A stretch of DNA of 32,000 nucleotides from Halomicronema hongdechloris C2206 (GTDB taxonomy: Bacteria; Cyanobacteriota; Cyanobacteriia; Phormidesmidales; Phormidesmidaceae), in contig NZ_CP021983.2 in assembly GCF_002075285.3 (NCBI RefSeq), positions 1,620,001 through 1,652,000 of the forward strand. Reading direction: 5' to 3'. Below the pieces are notes generated by a model, which was not told where the DNA came from, did no database searches, and saw nothing but the letters and a program-made list of their open reading frames with translations. Numbering within the stretch: position 1 is the first letter of the stretch; each line of letters begins with the position of its first letter. Of this stretch, positions 1 to 10,520 are shown piece after piece. The translations under genes and the position numbers were made by a program.

Positions 1-1
1 G

Positions 2-1099
2 CGGCTGTTTACAGAAGCAGATCTGATTGAGATAGCGGGTCAAATCTTAGAGATTTTGATCTATCTGCATGGGCAAAACCCACCAGTTATCCACCGCGAT
101 ATTAAACCCAGCAATATTCTGCTGGCCAATCGCTCTGGCCATAGCGTTGGCACTCTCTATCTGGTTGATTTTGGTTCGGTCCAGACCGCCATAAATCAAA
201 ACAGCGGCACCATTACTATCGTTGGTAGCTATGGCTATATTCCCCTAGAACAATTTGCTGGCAAAACCACGACCGCATCAGATTTATACGGCCTGGGGAT
301 GACGTTAATTTATCTGATAACCGGTGTTCATCCCGCTGATCTTCCCCAGATCAATGGCCAAGTTGATTTTAGCGGTGATCGGATTAGCTATAGGTTCTCA
401 AGATGGCTAAAACAGATGACTAATCCCCATCTAGATCGACGATTTGATTCCACTACCGCAGCACTCAAGGCACTTCACGTTGACGCAGAAAGCGATGGCT
501 GTAATTCCCACCTCAAGCCTGCCAGTAGCCAGGTTGAGCTGTATCGAGATTGCGATCGCATTGAGATAATCACCCAAAAAACACCTGTTGCAGATTCCTG
601 CGCAGGTTGTATCGTTCTTGCATTTTTCTCCATCATACTTTCTCTATCTACAGGCTCTTTAGTGATAGGAACTTCATTGTTTCTATCGATCATTCTCATA
701 AGTGGAATTTACGCCAGAAACCTAGTGACTACTAAAGAAGTACTATGTATCGAGAGAAATACGAAAATTAGTATATTTTATCGCAGAGGCTCAACTCAGC
801 GGGAGCATCATTCGTCTCCATTTCAAGCAATTAATTTACTGGCTTATAATCCAGGCTATACCTTCGACCGCTACATCAATGAGCAAGGCAGAACAATTAC
901 GGGTGGGACAGTCACCATTTCTCCGAATCTCTCTGTTTATGCTGGCAGTCTTGAATATCAAGTGGGTGGCGGGCACCTTTCTCAAGCAGAGCTGTGGTGG
1001 CTGGGACAGGAACTGAGTGACTTTCTGAATCTGGAAATGAAAATCATTTATCCCACCCCTAAAGTCCCTGCAGAGCAAACCTGTGGATGTGGCTGTTAA
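2..1099 (+). CDS. Ser/Thr protein kinase, 5' end outside the window; C-terminal hydrophobic segments plus an unknown domain
   Basis: The frame is open from nt 2 (RLFTEADLIEIAGQILEIL precedes the listed Met). Hanks kinase motifs are present: HRDIKPSNILL, DFG, GSYGYIPLEQ. Hydrophobic stretches follow (CIVLAFFSIILSL, SLFLSIILISGIY), then about 130 aa of unknown domain ending CGCGC. Confidence 0.85.
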   Translation, partial: RLFTEADLIEIAGQILEILIYLHGQNPPVIHRDIKPSNILLANRSGHSVGTLYLVDFGSVQTAINQNSGTITIVGSYGYIPLEQFAGKTTTASDLYGLGMTLIYLITGVHPADLPQINGQVDFSGDRISYRFSRWLKQMTNPHLDRRFDSTTAALKALHVDAESDGCNSHLKPASSQVELYRDCDRIEIITQKTPVADSCAGCIVLAFFSIILSLSTGSLVIGTSLFLSIILISGIYARNLVTTKEVLCIERNTKISIFYRRGSTQREHHSSPFQAINLLAYNPGYTFDRYINEQGRTITGGTVTISPNLSVYAGSLEYQVGGGHLSQAELWWLGQELSDFLNLEMKIIYPTPKVPAEQTCGCGC

Positions 1100-1122
1100 G
1101 TTTAGCTACAAGGACATTGATC

Positions 1123-1821
1123 ATGACACCAGACCAAAAAGCCTTGTATGCTCGCATCTGCCGATTTGAGCTAGACGACCCATCGGCAAGCTTTCCCTTT
1201 TCTGCCAAACTCGCCTGGGAATATCAGTGGTCAGAAATCTATACCTACCGAGCCATTCAGGAATACAAGAAATTCATGTTCCTGGCAACGATCAGCGATA
1301 TAGATCTCTCGCCCTCTACTGTCGTTGATCGGGTCTGGCATCTGCATCTACTATATACCCGTTCCTACTGGGATGAGTTTTGCGGCAAGGTTTTGAATAA
1401 ACCACTCCACCATTTTCCGGGATCAGGAGGAGTAGATGAAGGTCTAAAATATTATCACCAATACTGTCGAACAGTAGACATGTATTTTAACTATTTTGGC
1501 GCGCCACCGAATGATATTTGGAATCGACCCAAGTTCAAGAGTGAAGGAACATTGTTCCAATGGGTGGATCGTCGCCGCTGCTGGATTATTTCGAAGCCAA
1601 CTATAGTATTCTGGTTTCAGAAACTGTTTGGAAAGGAGACATGCAAGCTTTGGACAAGGACTTTAGCCGTTTCGCCTAAACTTTTGGTGAAAAAACAGTC
1701 TGATCGAAATCTAGTGCCATTTGGTGATAAAGGAACCTTTTCTGAGGCTCATATCAAAGAGGCTAAGTACTCAAATGGCAGCAACAGTAATTTTATTGGA
1801 TCGGTCGCTGACTACCATTAG
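1123..1821 (+). CDS. Conserved hypothetical protein, GRDP/DUF1399-like N-terminal region
   Basis: The ORF is 1087..1821; the likely start is the ATG at 1123 (MTPDQKALYARI). FPFSAKLAWEYQWS, YRAIQEYKKFMFLA and VWHLHLLYTRSYWDEFCG match, from memory, the cyanobacterial/plant glycine-rich-domain-protein family. The longest ORF overlaps the kinase stop. Confidence 0.5.
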   Translation: MTPDQKALYARICRFELDDPSASFPFSAKLAWEYQWSEIYTYRAIQEYKKFMFLATISDIDLSPSTVVDRVWHLHLLYTRSYWDEFCGKVLNKPLHHFPGSGGVDEGLKYYHQYCRTVDMYFNYFGAPPNDIWNRPKFKSEGTLFQWVDRRRCWIISKPTIVFWFQKLFGKETCKLWTRTLAVSPKLLVKKQSDRNLVPFGDKGTFSEAHIKEAKYSNGSNSNFIGSVADYH

Positions 1822-1981
1822 AATTCCACTGAAGTTTGAGCGTAAACTAGAAAGAAATCAGGAGCTCTAGTGCATCTACGGGGTGACGCTATACTCGGTC
1901 ATTCATTAATGGAAGTCGATTAGGATCTAATGATGAATTAGGGTGTTGGCTAACTTGATGGCAGTTATTTAGGGCAAACCC

Positions 1982-4900
1982 ATGAAGGTGCGGATCTATG
2001 TTCTAGCTTGGGGGGGTGTGATACTGTCCTGGCTCGAAGTACCTACTCAGGTATCGATGGGTTTCGGGGCAACAGGGTTAGCCGCTGCCGAGATTTCCCA
2101 GCCTGCTGATAGCGGCGAGGAGGTGGAAGCTCTCAGTGAAGCCGAGATGGGGCTTTCTGATCAGGGCGCATCTCTCCATTTCGCCCTCACCTGGGCCAGC
2201 CAGCATCCCGCGGCCACTGCCACAATCCCCCAAACAGAAGCCAGTCAGCATTTAGAGACTTTACAGACGTACCGGCGTGAGGCCAGTCAGTATATCGCCC
2301 AAGCCACCGCGCTGTTAACCACTGGCGAGATTGACGCCGCCCTTGACTCCTATGACCGGGCCATCCAGCTATGGCAACAAGGGCTGGAGCTACTGCAGTC
2401 GCAGGCTGCCCCTGATCTGCAGCGGGAATTTCTGCTGGGACTGTCCCTTGCCTTCGGAGTGGTGGGGGAGCAGCACCGTCAGGTCCAACGCTACGATCAG
2501 GCCCTAGCGACGACGGAGCAGGGACTACGCTATGGTCAACGGCTCTTGGCTTTGACTGATGCTGCCGATGGTTCAGAGGATGCTTTCTATCCGGAGGCGC
2601 TCAATGCGCTGCAACTGCTCTACAGCAATCTTGGCTTCATTTACGCCGGGCAGCATCTCTATCCGGAGGCGCTGGCGGCCCAGCAGCAGGCGTTGGCGAT
2701 GGCTGCGCAGCTGGATGATCCGGCCCTGATGTTCCGGAGTCTGACGGCCATCTATGCCACCCATGTAGCCCTGAGCGACTACCGGCAAGCGCTGACGATA
2801 AATGAACGGCGGCTTGCGATCGCAACTACCCTAGAAGACCCGGATGGGCAGCTATCTGCCCTGATAGGCCTGGGCAGAACCTACCACGACCTGGGCCGCT
2901 ATCCAGAGGCATTAGCCCACCATCAGCGGGCCTTGTTCCTGGCCAGAGAGCACAGCCGTCTCAGAGATGAAATCTCCAGCCTCAACAATCTGGGGCTGAC
3001 TCACAGCGTGTTAGGACGGTATGACGAGGCCCTAACGGCCCTAAATACTGCCCTCAGCCTCACCCGAGAGCTGCGCCAGCGTCTCCAAACAGCCGATACC
3101 CTGGAGCTTGATCGAGCCTGCTTCCCGCTGCTCAGCCAGGAGTTCAGCCGCACCGACGTCTCCCGACAATTCTGCCTGGAGGGCACCTGGCTCTCCGAGA
3201 GCAAGATTCTCAACACCATGGCGAGCGTCTATGAAGCCCAGGGCCGCTACTCAGAGGCCCTGGAGCGCTACCAACAATCCCTTGCGATCGCAAAAGAGCA
3301 CCTCCAGGGGAGTCCGCTCTACAGCAAACAGGACGAAGCGACGTTTCTGAATAATATTGGCGGGCTTCACGGAAATCGAGGCGACTACGATCAGGCCCGG
3401 GAGTATTACCAGCAGGCCTTCGCCCTGCAAACCGCTATCGCAGACCGGCAAGGCATGGCCGTCAGCCTCAATAATATCGGCGCTCTCTATGAGACCCAGG
3501 GACGATACCCCGAGGCACTGAATCAGCTCAACCGGGCCTTGGAACTCGCTGAAGCCCTTGGGCTGCAAACCTTAAAAGGCAGTGTCCTGAGTAATTTGGG
3601 GTCAATATATCGGCAACAAGGCGAGTTTGAGCGGGCCGCAGCCCTCTACCAAGCGTCCCTGGAACTCGATCGCAGCTTGGGACGCCGAGACGACGTGGCC
3701 GTGAGCTTCAATAATCTCGGCCTGCTCAAATTTGAACAGGGCCAGTACGGCCAAGCCATCGACTACGTGCAGCAAGCCCTGGCCATTCATCGGGCCATTG
3801 GTCAGCGCCCCCACCAAATTATCGATCTCAACAACCTCGGCAGCTATTACCGGGCCCAAGGTCGTTATGCCGATTCCCTAGGGAGGCTGCAGCAGGCGTT
3901 AGGGATTGCCCAAGAGATTGGCAACCGTAGCGGTCAAGCCTATGCCCTATTGCAGTTGGGCAAAACCCACAGACAGCTGGGCCAGTATGAGCCCGCCCTC
4001 GCCTTCAGCCAGCCAGCCCTGTCCCTGTTTCAGGCCATGGGCGATCGCACCGGTGAGGCGGCAACCTTAGCCGACCAGGGGCTCATCTACGCCCAACAAA
4101 ACCGCCACGAGTTAGCCCTGCAGAGCTTCGAAGCAGCCCTGGCCATCTATCGCACCACAGGAGATGTAGCAGGGGAAAGTATCACCCTGCAACAGGTGGG
4201 CTTCCTGCACGAGAAGGCAGGCGACTATCCAGCTGCCGAGACCGCCTTCCAGCAGACATTAGCCATCCAGCAACAAATTGGGGCACGAGGCTTTGAGGGC
4301 ATCAGCTTACAAGGGTTGGGCACCGTCTATGCCGCCCAAGGCCATCCCCGAGCCCTGGAGACCTTACAACGGGCTATCGCCCGCCATCGAGACGTGGGTA
4401 ATCGCCCCAGGGAAGCCGATGCCCTGAACAATCAAGGGGCAGCGCTGATTCGCGCGGGCAAATTTTCCCAGGCTGAGGCCGTCCTCCGTCAGTCCCTTGA
4501 CCTGTTTGAATCCCTGCGCACGGATCTCCTCGATGACCAGTTGATTGCGATTCTCGACAGTCAGGCCAGCGCCTATGCCAACCTGGAGCGGGCGTTGATC
4601 GCTCAAGACAAACCCACCGAGGCCCTAGCTATTACCGAACGAGGGCGGGCTCGGGCCTTTGTGCTGCAACTTGCCGGGCGCCTGTCCAAAAGCGCCAAGC
4701 CGAACTGGCGATTCATCCCACGGCTCAGGCCCCGACAATTGCTGAAATCCGGCAGATTGCCCGCGACAACAACACAACCCTGGTGGCCTACTCCCTGATC
4801 TTCGATCAAGCCCTCTATATCTGGGTGGTTCAGCCCTCGGGCAACATCGAGTTTCGCGCCATCGACTGGGAGGCGTCACTCTGGCAATGCCGATTTGAGC

Positions 4901-5924
4901 GTCAATCCCCTTGCGGCTATTGACGGTCCCCTCTATCGCCATGGGTCGGCGCTGACAACACGAGTTGCCACTGTCAGAGCCAGGATTACCATTGAGCGGC
5001 ACGACTCGTCGACCCAACTACAAGCCCTGCATCAGCTCTTAATCGAGCCCATTGCCGACCTATTGCCCCCAGATCCCGAGCAGACCGTCGTTTTTATTCC
5101 CCAGGGCAGCCTTTTCCTGGTACCGTTCCCCGCCTTACAAGACCCAGACGGCACCTATCTGATTGACAACCATACCGTTCTCACCGCCCCATCGATTCAG
5201 GTGTTTGGTCTGGCCAGTGCCATGAGACGGCAACGAGGTGGGGAGCCGACCCTGAGCCCGGTCGCAGGGGAGGGTTTGCGATCCGAGCAGACTGCCTTGG
5301 TCGTGGGGGATCCGGTGATGCCCTCTGTTTGGTTGCCAGAGGTGGGTCAACAGGTGCAGCTAGCCCCTCTCCCCGGGGCCAGGACTGAAGCTGAGACAAT
5401 TGGTCGTTTTCTGGGCGTCCCCGCCCTCACCGGCACTCAGGCCAGCGAGGCCCATGTCAAGCAGCGACTGCCCTCAGCCCGACTGATTCACTTAGCCACC
5501 CATGGCCTGCTCGACCACGGCCATCCTCAAGCCTCCGGCGCTCCGGATGTGCCGGGAGCGCTGGCGCTAGCTCCCGGAGACGGTGAAGACGGCTTGCTCA
5601 CCACTGCCGAAATTTTGGCGATGGAGCTGCAGGCCGAACTCGCTATTCTCAGTGCCTGTGATACCGGGCCGGGGCCGCATTACTGGCGATGGCGTAGTGG
5701 GACTATCCCGCTCTTTGATTACGGCTGGGGTGCCCAGTGTGATCGTGTCGTTGTGGGCCGTGCCGGATGCTCCTACCGCGGACCTGATGACGGAGTTTTA
5801 CCGCCAGCTTCAGCAGGGACAATCCCCGGCCCAGGCGTTACGGCAGGCGATGTTAACGATCCAGCAGAAACACCCAAATCCTAGAGACTGGGCCGGGTTT
5901 ACGCTCCTGGGGGCAGCGGAGTAA
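1982..5924 (+). pseudogene. TPR-repeat / CHAT-domain (caspase-like) protein, broken by at least three frameshifts
   Basis: ORF 1982..4798 is about 20 TPR-like repeats (LNNLG..Y..QGRY.EAL). The CHAT region continues in frame 1 (PTIAEIRQIARDNNTTLVAYSLIFDQALYIWVVQPSG, stop at 4921). It returns to frame 2 (ORF 4895..5884, with LIHLATHG and ILSACDTG), then moves to frame 0 (RGRITGDGVVGLSRSLITAGVPSVIVSLWAVPD, ending at 5924). Confidence 0.8.
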
Positions 5925-5927
5925 CCC

Positions 5928-8816
5928 CTAGAATTGCTTGGCCAGGGCCTGGAGGCAGCGATCGCAAATGGTGGGGTCTGCGGTGGATTCGCCCACGCGG
6001 GTGGAGTAGTTCCAGCAGCGATCGCATTTTTGGCCGTCGGCGTCGATGACCCCGACGCCGATAGTCTCGGAGTTGCCGCTGTATTTCAAGCCCTTCAGCG
6101 CGTCGGGGGACTCCAGCAACTCCACCTGGGAGACTAAGAACAGATAGCGCAGTTCATCCACATGGGCACTACCGGGGGCGACCGCATCGCTGGGGTTCAT
6201 GGCCGCCAGGGTCTGCCGCAGATCGGGAGCGGCCACATAGAGCAGGAGCTTGGCCTCCAGGGAGGAGCCAATATCCTTGCTGGCGCGGGCCTTCTCCAGC
6301 ACCTTGTTGACCTCTTGCCGGATCTGCCGCAGCCGCTGCCAGTTAGTTGCCAAGGCAGGCTGCTGCCATTGCGGATCTAGCGTGATCCACCCCGCTTCAA
6401 ATACTGATTTCTGGGGTACTGGATAGGGCAGATTTTGCCAGATGTCTTCGGCCATGTGGCAGAGTACTGGGGCCATGGCCCGGGCTAGGTTCTCAATGGC
6501 CACCGCCAGCACCGTCTGACAGCTGCGACGGCGGGGTGACTCGGCATCGCTGATGTAAAGCCGATCTTTGGCGATATCTAAATAGAAGTTGGAGAGATCG
6601 ACCACACAGAAATTCTGCACCGTCTGAAAGACGCGGAAGAATTGATAGCTATCGAAGGCGTCTTTGATCTCGGCGAAGACCTCTGTAATCCGATGCAGCA
6701 TGTAGCGATCGAGCTCGGGCAATTGCTCGTAGGGCACGGTATGTTGCGTCGGGTCGAAGTCATAGAGATTGCCCAGCAGGAAGCGAGCCGTATTGCGGAT
6801 CTTGCGGTAGACATCCGCCATCTGCTTCAAAATCGTTTTTCCTAGGGGCACATCGGCGGCATAGTCCACCGACGATACCCATAACCGCAACACATCAGCC
6901 CCGTAGGGCGGGTCAACTTTCTGGTTGTTGCCCCCTGCAATCACCACTTGCGGGTCAACGCCGTTGCCCAGGGACTTGCTCATCTTGCGGCCCTGTTCAT
7001 CGACGATGTAGCCGTGGGTGAGCACGGCTCGGTAGGGAGCCTGGTTACGGGTGGCCACGCTGGTCAGCAGGCTAGATTGAAACCAGCCGCGATGCTGGTC
7101 TGAGCCTTCCAGATAGAGATCAGCGGGATACTGCAGCTCCGGACGCTGTTCTACCACCGCCGACCAGGACGAGCCCGAATCAAACCACACATCCATGGTG
7201 TCGGTGCCTTTGCGGTAGCTACGGCCGTTGTTGCGATAGGCTTCTGGCAGTAGCTCCTGCTCAGACAGTTCCCACCAGGCATCGGAGCCCTTTTCACTGA
7301 AAATTGTCTGGATGTGGTTGATGGTGGCTTCATTCAGCAGGGGTTCGTCGGTCTCGGTATCATAAAACACCGGAATTGGGACGCCCCAGGTGCGTTGCCG
7401 AGAGATACACCAATCGGTGCGGTCTCCCACCATGGCCGTGATCCGATTCTGGCCTTGGGCCGGGATCCACTGTACCTGGTCGATGGCTGCGAGGGCCGCT
7501 TCCCGGAAACCAGCCACAGAGGCAAACCACTGCTCTGTCGCCCGAAAGATCGTCGGCTGTTTGGTGCGCCAATCGTAGGGATATTTATGGACGTAGGGTT
7601 CTTGCTTCAGCAGGGCGTTGGCCTCTTCTAGGGCGGTGATGATGGCGGGGTTGGCGTCCTTGAGCACGTTTAATCCGGCAAAGGGGCCGGCTGCCTCGGT
7701 CATGATGCCCTGCTCGTCCACGGGGCAGAGCACTGGCAGCCCGTAGCGTTGGCCCACTTTGAAGTCTTCTTGGCCATGGCCGGGAGCCGTATGGACCAAT
7801 CCTGTGCCGGATTCTGTGGTGACGTAGTCACCGCCGATCAGCACCGGACTCTCGCGGTCATAGAGGGGATGGCGATAGGTGCAGTGCTCTAGGGCCAGGC
7901 CCTTGATCTCGGCCTTGACCACTAGGTCCTGCCCCAACACCTGTTCCATCCGCTCCACCAAGTCTTTGGCGATGAGCAAATACCGCTCTGGCTGAGCTGA
8001 GGAGCCGACTACCACGGCATAGGTCAAGGTGGGATTGACGGCCACGGCTAGATTGGCTGGAATCGTCCAGGGGGTCGTGGTCCAGATGGCCAGACTCAGG
8101 CTGTCTAAATAGGGAGTCAGAGCCTCGGCGCTGGGGGCCAGGCTGACCACCGGCAAGGCCGCATAGATACTAGGGGAGGTGTGGCCCTCGGGATATTCCA
8201 ACTCGGCTTCGGCCAGAGCCGTCTGGGAGGTGGGGCTCCAATGGACGGCCTTTAGCCCTCGGTAGATATAGCCTTTCAAGTACATCTGGCCGAAGACGCC
8301 GATTTGAGCCGCTTCGTAGTCGGGGGTGAGGGTGGCGTAGGGATGGTCCCAGTCGCCCCAGACGCCGTAGCGCTTAAACCCTTGCCGTTGCTGATCGATG
8401 GTTTTGAGGGCAAAGTCTTTAGCCTTGCGGCGGAGCTTGACCGGGCTCAGCTGAGCCCGGGCCTCGGCGGGCATCTTCTGCAGCACCTTGAGCTCGATGG
8501 GCAGGCCATGACAATCCCAGCCAGGAACGTACCGGACCTTCCGCCCTTGCAGCATCTGATATTTGTTGACGATGTCCTTGAGGATTTTGTTTAAGGCATG
8601 GCCCATGTGCAAGTCGCCGTTGGCGTAGGGAGGACCGTCGTGGAGCACAAAGGGCTGGCCAGGATTCTCGGCGGCTAGGCGCTGGTAGAGGTGCTGCTCT
8701 GCCCAAAACGCTTGAATTTCAGGCTCCCGCTTCACGGCGTTAGCCCGCATTTGAAAACTTGTTTGGGGAAGTAGGACGGTATCTTTGTAGCTTTTGGAGT
8801 CTGTCACGGCTTGCAC
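5928..8816 (-). CDS. ileS: Isoleucine--tRNA ligase
   Basis: 962 aa with the class I signatures HMGHALNK (HIGH) and KMSKSLGN (KMSKS). The N-terminus (SYKDTVLLPQTSFQMRAN) is IleRS-typical, and the C-terminus has a CDRCWNY...CDRC zinc-binding tail. The start appears to be GTG at 8816. Confidence 0.97.
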   Translation of the reverse strand: MQAVTDSKSYKDTVLLPQTSFQMRANAVKREPEIQAFWAEQHLYQRLAAENPGQPFVLHDGPPYANGDLHMGHALNKILKDIVNKYQMLQGRKVRYVPGWDCHGLPIELKVLQKMPAEARAQLSPVKLRRKAKDFALKTIDQQRQGFKRYGVWGDWDHPYATLTPDYEAAQIGVFGQMYLKGYIYRGLKAVHWSPTSQTALAEAELEYPEGHTSPSIYAALPVVSLAPSAEALTPYLDSLSLAIWTTTPWTIPANLAVAVNPTLTYAVVVGSSAQPERYLLIAKDLVERMEQVLGQDLVVKAEIKGLALEHCTYRHPLYDRESPVLIGGDYVTTESGTGLVHTAPGHGQEDFKVGQRYGLPVLCPVDEQGIMTEAAGPFAGLNVLKDANPAIITALEEANALLKQEPYVHKYPYDWRTKQPTIFRATEQWFASVAGFREAALAAIDQVQWIPAQGQNRITAMVGDRTDWCISRQRTWGVPIPVFYDTETDEPLLNEATINHIQTIFSEKGSDAWWELSEQELLPEAYRNNGRSYRKGTDTMDVWFDSGSSWSAVVEQRPELQYPADLYLEGSDQHRGWFQSSLLTSVATRNQAPYRAVLTHGYIVDEQGRKMSKSLGNGVDPQVVIAGGNNQKVDPPYGADVLRLWVSSVDYAADVPLGKTILKQMADVYRKIRNTARFLLGNLYDFDPTQHTVPYEQLPELDRYMLHRITEVFAEIKDAFDSYQFFRVFQTVQNFCVVDLSNFYLDIAKDRLYISDAESPRRRSCQTVLAVAIENLARAMAPVLCHMAEDIWQNLPYPVPQKSVFEAGWITLDPQWQQPALATNWQRLRQIRQEVNKVLEKARASKDIGSSLEAKLLLYVAAPDLRQTLAAMNPSDAVAPGSAHVDELRYLFLVSQVELLESPDALKGLKYSGNSETIGVGVIDADGQKCDRCWNYSTRVGESTADPTICDRCLQALAKQF

Positions 8817-8968
8817 ATCGGCTTTATCAGGTCATTATCAGCCACAGCTTAGCGGGCTTCAAGGGGCTGTAGGTGACAGATCTCGATTGTATAGCAACTG
8901 CCAGTCGCGGGGGCAATCGGGGGGCATTGACCACTCTACACAGGGCGATTTACTGCAAACCCTTCACG

Positions 8969-9003
8969 GCCAGAGCCCCCAGGATAGGACTGAGGGCTCT
9001 GGC
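8969..9003 (-). terminator. Possible stem-loop downstream of the HCP gene
   Basis: GCCAGAGCCC (8969-8978) pairs with GGGCTCTGGC (8994-9003) around a 15-nt loop. It lies between the HCP stop and the ileS start. No clean U-tract follows on the minus strand. Confidence 0.3.
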
Positions 9004-9043
9004 GGCGATGAATGATCAGGAGTGAATTGGGGTTATCAGTGAG

Positions 9044-9499
9044 CTAAAGGCCGAAGGATTCGACAGCCCGGCGCAGGAAGTAGATCTGCTGATTCAGATC
9101 CATACTGTCGAGGGCCTGCAGGATGGGGTCGGCTTCTAGTAGGGGTAGGGGATATCGGGGAGTGCCGCCGGGATCGTGGGCTAAACAATACCAGAAGGCC
9201 AGTTTCATGTTGGTGTCTAGGCCAGTGTAGGCTTCGCTGAACCGAGTGGGAGAGCCGACGACGATGTCCCGTAGGGCCTGAAAGCGTTCATGGCGGCTGA
9301 GTTGGTGCAGTTGACGAATCAGACTGTGCACCACTTGGGAAAACTTGGCGACCGGTGTTGCAGAGGCGATCGCATGGCCCAAGCGATCGTAGATGAGCCA
9401 AAGGATACCCAATTGGCTCTCCGCAGTCATGGCCCTGAATTGTGCAATGGTTTGCTCGAAGGTCTGCTCAAATCCGGTTTGTAAATGCAAGGTGGCCAT
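9044..9499 (-). CDS. Helical carotenoid protein (homologue of the orange carotenoid protein N-terminal domain)
   Basis: The 151-aa protein aligns by eye to the OCP NTD. FRAMTAESQLGILWLIYDRLG matches FSQLNAEDQLALIWFAYLEMG, NMKLAFWYCLAH matches NIKLGFWYRLGE, and QQIYFLRRAVESFG matches QQITVLRNAVVDMGF. There is no C-terminal NTF2-like domain. Confidence 0.85.
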   Translation of the reverse strand: MATLHLQTGFEQTFEQTIAQFRAMTAESQLGILWLIYDRLGHAIASATPVAKFSQVVHSLIRQLHQLSRHERFQALRDIVVGSPTRFSEAYTGLDTNMKLAFWYCLAHDPGGTPRYPLPLLEADPILQALDSMDLNQQIYFLRRAVESFGL

Positions 9500-10180
9500 A
9501 TTAAACCTCGGGTTTTATGTCACAAATAAACCTTGTCCTGGTTCCAGTCCTAGGTATTTCCCGGGAGAGAACTCAAGACTCGAGCCGAACTTGGAATATT
9601 ACTCCCCACCCACCGGATTGCGATCGCAACTCTCTTGTAGCTTCAGTCACATTGTTTTTTATCTACTCACATGATTCTTCATTGGATCGCAGTCTGTTTT
9701 TATTGATCCCTTAACCTTTCGAGTCAGTCTGGATTTCTTCCAATTTTCTTCCATTTTATCTATCCAGACAGGAACCTGACAGAAGCCCCGGCTATCTTGT
9801 CCCCTAAAAATATGAATTCTCAATACAGCATTTTGACGCTAGCGAGATACATGGATGACCCTGAAATCCTTGCTATCAGGAGGTGGCTGTACCTCACCTA
9901 GCCAGGCAATGCCGTAAGCTCATAGGGCAAGCCTCAAACCCCCTAGGGGCAGAAATAATGTGATCTCCTGGCCGCAGAGGACATTTGAAAACTCGGCTGA
10001 AAGGCCTGTAAGGTAGGCATTTTAGAGCGTATGGTTCTGTTGGCCAGACTCCAGTCTGGAGCAAGGTTGCAGAGAACCCAGACTATCCAAAGGGTCAGGG
10101 AACCTGCCCCCTACAGCATCCGAAATCTGGTAAGGGCGCGGTTTCCGCGCCCAATGCAGAATCTTTTGTCAGTCAACCAG

Positions 10181-10210
10181 GGCTAAACGGTTTAGTGGCT
10201 AAACGGTTTA
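10181..10210. repeat. Tandem direct repeat of GGCTAAACGGTTTA (2 copies, 16-bp period), each containing the palindrome TAAAC-G-GTTTA
   Basis: Read directly from the sequence: 10181-10194 and 10197-10210 are identical, separated by GT. The site is about 310 bp upstream of the bactofilin start. Confidence 0.9.
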
Positions 10211-10520
10211 ACGTCAGGGGCCTGGGTCCACTATTCTATTGAGGGAGTATTTTATGGGGGTCGCCAGCAACTCCCCGACTACCTGAATCGGCGCGTGTCC
10301 AGGGCAAAAATCCTGCAGCCAATGGGCCGTGCCGATGGCCACAGCGGTCGGCTCTTGTAGCCAGGTCGCGGTTGGTCAGTCACTGAGGGCAGTGGGAATC
10401 GCTCACCGCCTTCCACGCAGGCACGGCTTCAGGGCAGGAATCTTCACCTGGCTTGGCGTCGTCAACGGTGTCAGGGTGCTGCTCGACTAGGTTGTTGCTG
10501 CCGATGGGGAAAGCCAGTCT

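Noticed and set aside
2573-5399. Antisense and off-frame ORFs within the TPR-CHAT locus (for example 2573..2788, 3251..3568, 4625..5017, 5181..5399)
   Set aside because: They are shadow ORFs of a repeat-rich GC-rich gene with no recognisable motifs. The sense frames carry continuous TPR/CHAT homology.
1982-5924. TPR-CHAT as a type III-E CRISPR-associated protease (Csx29/Craspase)
   Set aside because: The window has no CRISPR array, no cas genes and no gRAMP-like ORF. Very long multi-TPR CHAT proteins are common stand-alone genes in filamentous cyanobacteria.
5934-8706. About a dozen ORFs of 60-105 aa on both strands inside the ileS coding region (for example 5934..6137, 7314..7631, 8304..8594, 8419..8706)
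   Set aside because: They lie within or antisense to a full-length, motif-complete IleRS gene. Their translations are Arg/Gly/Pro-rich, typical of off-frame reads of GC-rich coding DNA.
10134-10152. The GC-rich hairpin GGGCGCGG-TTT-CCGCGCCC as a rho-independent terminator
   Set aside because: No U-tract follows it on either strand, and no upstream gene reads into it. It is kept only as part of the spacer finding.
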